Below, one piece after another: positions 35,363 through 64,000 of a stretch of DNA of 64,000 bases (positions are counted from its first letter, which is position 1; each line of letters opens with the position of its first letter). A model generated the notes under the pieces. That model was not told the DNA's origin. It made no database searches and saw nothing but the letters and a program-made list of their open reading frames with translations. This DNA is from Haliotis rubra (Eukaryota): NCBI RefSeq assembly GCF_003918875.1, contig NW_025767419.1, positions 310,001-374,000 of the forward strand. The letters run 5' to 3'. Made by a program: the position numbers and the translations under genes.

Positions 35363-37589
35363 TGTGGACTGGTAAATAGAAAGTGGTTTATGTAGTTGAA
35401 CAATCTGTTTAAGACAGCCTTGAAACTATTTCTCTTTTGTTATTCTTATTTACTGTTATATTTCTACATCACACTTTATATGCTTCCTGGTATTGATTTA
35501 GAAAGGAAGGAAAAACTATTATGTCACAGATAATACATTTGCCAGATTTTTCTCTAATCCCTACAAAATACACATATGTACCAATTAGCAATGTATTTAC
35601 AGGCACAGATTAAGAATGTTCAATTTCATAGTGAAAACAAATAATTCATAAATGTACACAATAAACTTTATCATATATGTACGTATTGGTGAAAAACACG
35701 TATTCATAGGAGAGGGTAAACTACTGAAATTATTTTCAGTTATCTTAAATCTCAGCGCATAATAGCATTACTGCAAAAATATTTTGTCGAAGAATCTTTC
35801 AGTAGGAATATTTATCACAAATGCAAAGTTTTCAGATTAAAAATAAATGTTGTTTAGTTATTTCCCGAATGATATAATCGAAATTATTTAACTGAAAGTT
35901 TACACCATAGGTATACAATATATAATTTAAATAATTTGACATATGCACATATCCTCTGTTTGTGTAGGGTTAAGAACTAACATGCGATAATATAGTCATT
36001 AGACTTACTTGTGATGTAGTTGGCGTCGCGGACAATGTATAGATGATGTGTTGTGGTGGTGCACTACAGATAGTAAACTGTGTTTGGCTTCAAAGTGACC
36101 GGACATATAAAGGATGAGGAAACACGATTCCCACACAAGGAAGTAGGGATATGTATTTCGGGATGCTTAAATATAGACGGAGCGTTTTCCAAATGTCAAT
36201 TAACAAGTTTCCAGATGGTGATATATTATCATTCGGCCCGACATATCGTCATGACAATTTTGGTCAGTAAATAACAAAACAGAATAAACTGCTTTAAAAG
36301 TTTTGTTTTTAGGAGCTGTGAGATCTTACCGGGCCAGTATAAGGTGAAGTCTGGCTGGTAATGTCCCTTTAACTGATAATTGTTGTGTATGCATTGTTTC
36401 TGGATCAAACAATGAATTTTAACACAGTGATTCGTTTCTGCAATGCAGTAGATGTCAAAGGCTCTGTGATCTTGTCGGATCTGTGCAAAAGGTGTAGTCT
36501 GAAAGTAATGTTCGCGGTTCTTTAAATAAGAACTTCAGCGTATGCATTGTTTCTGTACCAAACAATGTACTTCAACATGTTAGGCATGGTATTTCGCGAG
36601 GATGAGGGCGTGATTGAAGAGACAAGGACGTTCACGTCTACATTCACTCTAACCCTCGCCCCCTGTCAGGACGTTGATGATAATATTACTCTCATTTTGA
36701 CAGGGATCAAATAATGAGTGAATGTGACTATGTATTCAATTCCATGGGTGAAACCTTTACTTGTCGATGTTAGCCTCGTCAAACGGAGCACGGTTGGCCT
36801 AGCATTCCTGCCTGTACCAATGAGAATTGCGTCCCTTAGTTGTCCCACGATACACTGATCGTAGCATTGACTCTCTTGTAAGTCCCGATCATAATCCTTG
36901 GCTTTTCAGCATGTACCTATTTCACCAAAAGTTGACAGTGTTTCTGCATCAATCGTGTTAGGCTTTTCTAAAAATAAGATGAAGCGCACACCCATACCAC
37001 TGGAATCATAAGTGGCATTGGACTTCAGGCTTTCACTCACTTCGTCAAACAAGAGTGTTTATGGTAGCCTAGCGGATACCCGACCCGACGTCCATACCCA
37101 CTGTGGGAGCAAACTTTCAATCTACGCCGTGAGTCTTCCGCGCTAATACCGCTGAAATATTGCTGAACGTTGGGTAAAAGTTAACAATAACGCTAATGAA
37201 AATATAACCCGTCCATATGTGGTGTATGTTTTATTTTAAACTCCTCTTAAGTTACATCTGCATCATGTTAAACACAACATTTTGATCTGGCAAAAGTATA
37301 TGCTGTAAACATACACAAATGTCTCTCATTCGTTTTGACGTGATTTTGACGTCGTTATATTTACATACAGTATCTGATAATCGTGGCAAAATATTATGTT
37401 CATTCTGAACACAGAAAGGATTTTCTTGATTATTTGCCTTTTTAAAAAAGAATACAGTACGGTTACATCAAAATCTTTTCTACGATTCTCTGTTCTATGA
37501 CATACTTAATGAAATCTCCATCTACAGGGCATTTTCCACTGTACCGCCATAGATTATTTACTTCTCTATGTCCAAAGGTTCAGAGCAAT

Positions 37590-38000
37590 CTTTTAAAGAC
37601 TAGTGCGAAAATAATATGTGAAATTCTTAATTTCCTCATGAAATTCAGGAATAGGATGTTTTGGCAAGAAATAGGCATCCTCTAGGCATCAACTGTGCTC
37701 CCTTCCTTGTTGAACTACTTCTTCATGCATATCAGTTGAAATTCATGCTCGGATTGGTAAAATCAGTTGAAACTGAAAATATGTTCAACTCAAACTTAAG
37801 ATCGATAATCTGATCATATTGTTGAATGATGGTCAAGTAGCCAATGCCCATCTAAACTACATGAGCAGAGAGCAGTAAACTGCATCAAATAGTGTAATAG
37901 CAGGGTACCAAGAGATCAAGCCATAAGTACAGCTTTGAAAGATTTCTATCGTATGCAAGAGCACATTGTTAAATCTGATGCATCAGCGACATAAATGATT
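37590..38000 (+). mobile_element. Highly decayed reverse transcriptase fragment (Penelope-like)
   Basis: With one frameshift, 37660-37740 reads FWQEIGI-LGINCAPFLVELLLHAY. This resembles the QxxGIPMGxNCAPxxAxLFL RT motif. Confidence 0.5.
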
Positions 38001-38745
38001 TGTAAAGCAACTCCCTACTTTGACTAATCACATGTTCCTGTTAAGAACAATTGACCTGCCACTGCCTGTGTTTTGATGGTATCATCATTATTTGGAAGTA
38101 ATTCAACACATGCTTGACATAGTTGGAATCGTACAAAGATCTCTGCTTTGAGAGATTCCCTTTGATTATTGAAAGTGTTATACGATGGACAGTGACACAT
38201 CAAGTATCTGCCCTTTAATCCTGTAAACTGTGTGTGGCCTTTAGTGTCAGCAAACACGTGTTGAAAGAAAAACGCCAGTAAAATATTATTGCGTGTGGTA
38301 AAAATGTTGCTGAAATCCAATAGCAAGTTGCCACTCGTGCAGGAATAAATTAAAACATCCATCAAAAACAAGCACAGCGAGTGAGTGATTAACTGTGCTT
38401 ATACAATATTTCAAACGTGTCACATTATGTCAGTATTCTTGGATATTGTTTGAACAACTGTTTAAACAAATAACGTATTCATTCAGTCGGGACACGTTGT
38501 ATATATATATCATGTGGCACAATATATGGGCAATGATTTGGGATTATTTTTGATGGTCCTATCGAATTACATCGACGTGACATTTGACCTTGGGTCGAGG
38601 TTCCAGTTTCTCTCATCGATCACCGTGTACGATTTAAAAATCGTCTCCCCATTCGTCGGGTTATACCTGTTTAATCAGATGATTTAAAGATGCTGTTTGA
38701 AGTAAGCAGCCATTGTAAATATTCTATGGTTTCTGGACAACGAAT

Positions 38746-38888
38746 TATTGCAGTGAATGACGTATATTTGTCGTCTTTTTGAATGGCGTATATTTAACGT
38801 CTATTGCAGTGAATGATGTATATTTGTCGTCTTTTTGAATGACGTATATTTATCGTCTATTGCAGTGAATGAGGTATAATTCTCGTCA
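38746..38888. repeat. About 56-bp tandem repeat (2.5 copies) in the probable TTC38 3'UTR
   Basis: tattgcagtgaatgacgtatatttgtcgtctttttgaatg... repeated. Confidence 0.75.
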
Positions 38889-39143
38889 TTTGCCGTCCAT
38901 GTTATACATGTAACTTTGCCTACCTCCATATCGTGTAGCATTTTACTTACATACATATACAAAATAATTGTGATTTCCTTTCAACTTTCAGATATTGAGT
39001 GGCCTCAGCGTAAAGCGGTGCTGAGATAAAGAACAGATTATATGGCTCATTCAGCGTGGTGCGTCGCGAAACTGGACGTTCCGTCAGCATGACCTGTGTC
39101 AGCTCGACATAGGATCTCCCTAAACAGCGATGATCCTTGACCT

Positions 39144-61286
<22,143 letters not shown>

Positions 61287-62839
61287 CGTTTAATCACCCA
61301 GAACAGTGGTGTTGCCCAAGAGGTGTCAGTACAGGTAACAGCAGTTGAAAGGCACCTGACCTGCAGTACAGTTATCTCGCGACTGTCTTGCTTGGGGCGA
61401 GCTGAATATCCTTGACCTTAGCCCTGTCACCGGGTTGAAGTTAACGGTTGACTAAGCGCATATGTCCAACTGTTACAGTTACAGTACAGGAGCTAAGCCA
61501 GGACAAAATTAATGTTGCTCAACACCTTCCACATAAAAGGTCTGCCTACACAGTTTGATCCAGGAGAGCCTACTGAACATTTCTAGGTACTATGTAATCC
61601 CAAATTATAGGGTAGGTAAAAAGTTAGGGGTCATTCTTTGGTCCTACCCCTATAGCAAAATGCAGGCAAATGTTCGGGAGAAGGTGCAACATTGTGTCCC
61701 AGGACTTTCTTTGTAGTGAGCATCTTCATTATCATTATATGATTTTGTGAAGTTTATTTGAAGATTATGCAAAATCACTTAATTTTATGACACCAAATAA
61801 ATATAGATGGGGAAAAAAAGTAATTTCTTGACAAAAATCTTGTATTGTTTGAAAAGAAATCCCGGTTCTGAAAACAACCAACATCTCCTTTAATCTTCAA
61901 TATTCTGTTTAGTTATAAATGAAAATAGTATGTATATATCGCTACAATGGCAATTGAAGTTTAGTTTCTCGAAAAGGATGATTCTAACAATATAATACAC
62001 CGAATTGCAAGAGTCTTGAACGCTGTGTAATATATTAAACAAAACACATTTCTTAACTATGTCAATATTCTGTGTTGAACATGCTTTATCAATGGCATAA
62101 CTGCGTTACACCTAACCTTTTAGAATAAACAAAAAGGTTTTAGTGGAACATGCTTTTCATATACGCATATCTTTTGTGAAAATGGGGATATCTTTTGTAA
62201 AAATGGGGATTTCAGATTATGCCGGGTGTGTTTGACACACAACTGATATTACATATTTTCAGTGCTCCTTACGGGGAAGTGTAATGCTTCATTTGTACTC
62301 CCATGGATACGTATTTTTCAGACCACTCTTTCCTTCGGGTTTTGTTATTTCTTCAACAGTTAAACACAGCAATACGAGGGTTCAATATAGATTATCACGG
62401 CTGACGTAAGACAGCACTAACACCATTACATTACTGCATACAACTATTAGTAGCGATCTATATTATCACGCGTAGGTTTGTCTCGGGTTACGGGTGTAAA
62501 CAGGCTTCACCGAACCGGGACAGACAGATATAGATTTAGACGTCTTATGTACGTATGTGAGAGATATACCACACTTTCCTAGGTGTATCTGCCCCAACTG
62601 TAGGGGTATCGACCGACGCATCGATAAAAGGGTGGCTATATCCGTCTTATACCAGACTCTGGTCGAGTTGAAATGTAAAATAACTTTTTGTTTCGTATCC
62701 AGATTAAATATTTCAGGCTATGTTTACTTTCTTCTAAATGCATGTTTACACCCATACGTTGAGACCTTCAAACGTCTCCATTCGCATCAACCTTACAGGA
62801 GCACGTGATGCTGCAAGTTCTTGAAAGTATGAAATACAT

Positions 62840-63399
62840 CATTCTCTTCCCACAGAGGTTACTCCTGTCATATCTTCCTACGTAACCTCTGTTCTAATAC
62901 GGCCCTTTCATGGTGTGAGCGTTCAAGACTCGTGATTGGAGACAATCAGATTTAGTTTTGCAATCAGCAACGTTGTTTCAAAAGTGATCATTCGCAAGGC
63001 CTCGGTAATTTCCGTATGCTTCGAGAAAACTAAACTTCTTCCCCTGCGCGATGCGCAAACGTTTCTTCTAGACAGAACTCAGTTATGTTATGGAGGATCA
63101 GTGGCGTCTCCATCGCCCTCGTTGACAACGGACAAGCTAGCCATTAAACGTCTTGTGTGTAACATCAACACAAGTCCCCGGCAGATGGGGGATATTTGTG
63201 GCCCCACATTTGCTTGTGTTAGTCAAGTTGAATCTAAGTCTATGTAACAGGTGTTCTGATTGGATAGAAAGAAGGGAGATAATTTGTGTTGCGATCTTTT
63301 GCCGCTAGGGGATTTTACGAGAACCGGGAAATATGGCCGTATTAGAACAGAGGTTACGTAGGAAGATATGACAGGAGTAACCTCTGTGGGAAGAGAATG
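62840..63399. mobile_element. 560-bp non-autonomous DNA transposon (MULE-like: 65-bp TIRs, 9-bp TSD)
   Basis: Perfect TIRs at 62840-62904 and 63335-63399, TSD gaaatacat (62831-62839, 63400-63408). A degenerate TIR fragment also occurs at about 29253-29315. Confidence 0.88.
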
Positions 63400-64000
63400 G
63401 AAATACATATGATGAGCCAAGCAAATGTTTAGATGGGCCCTTACTCAGCACGTCGATTCTGGACATGCGCACTCAGACTTCTTGGTCACGTTCTGGGCAG
63501 TTGTCCAGTATCCAAGCGGAGATAGTAGGGAGACCTTATTATGGTCTCTGATCTATGATAGACTCTGGCGGTTGTTTCGAATCCCCTCATGGTTACAATT
63601 TGTGAAGCCCATTTCTGGCGTCCCCTGCCGTGATATTGCTGGAATATTGCTAAAAGTGGCGTAAAACCATACTCACTCAATCAATAGGCTACCACCACAG
63701 CCCCAGAGATTTAAGAACCAACTTTTAAAAATGATAAACCTTATTATGTGTAAGTGACTAACACGTCTCCCTATGCAAGAGGAGTCAAAGTCAAAAGAGT
63801 TTATTGCATTTAAGCTCTCCGGCCCACATACAAATATACATTTGTTACAGATAATATGCAATATACAGATAATACACAACACATCATGGAGTTCATTTCA
63901 CTCGCACATTCAGACACCTAGTCGTGGGCTGACATATGATATCGAACTGGACCTACTTTTTGCTACTGCATTATCTCTAATCTGGGTTGTGTTACTGACG

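Overview
Eukaryotic (invertebrate) genomic DNA with GT-AG introns. The SINE content looks mollusc-like, possibly abalone, but that is an inference. All genes are on the minus strand. (1) 226-21317 is a tandem cluster of four two-domain rhodanese/3-mercaptopyruvate sulfurtransferase-like genes. Copy A runs off the left edge, copy B is intact (7 exons, 297 aa), copy C lacks exons 1-2, and copy D has lost the end of exon 2 and its splice donor. Every readable active site is a non-canonical C-Y-V-G-F-T loop rather than CGSGVT (MPST) or CRKGVT (TST). (2) 22200-33000 holds decayed transposons: a non-LTR element of RLE type, a Harbinger, SINEs and a Penelope-like hairpin. (3) 33983-35362 is a single-coding-exon class A GPCR, followed by a 27-bp minisatellite. 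(4) 39144-61286 is a complete 14-exon TTC38 (464 aa). Its introns carry a frameshifted Tc1, several MITEs and foldbacks, a 57-bp satellite and about 31 tandem copies of its own exon-7 splice donor. The most interesting items are the divergent sulfurtransferase subfamily, the decoy splice-donor array and a SINE-mediated complex rearrangement inside the cluster. Exon coordinates were derived by hand from splice signals, phase and remembered homologue sequences. No search was run.
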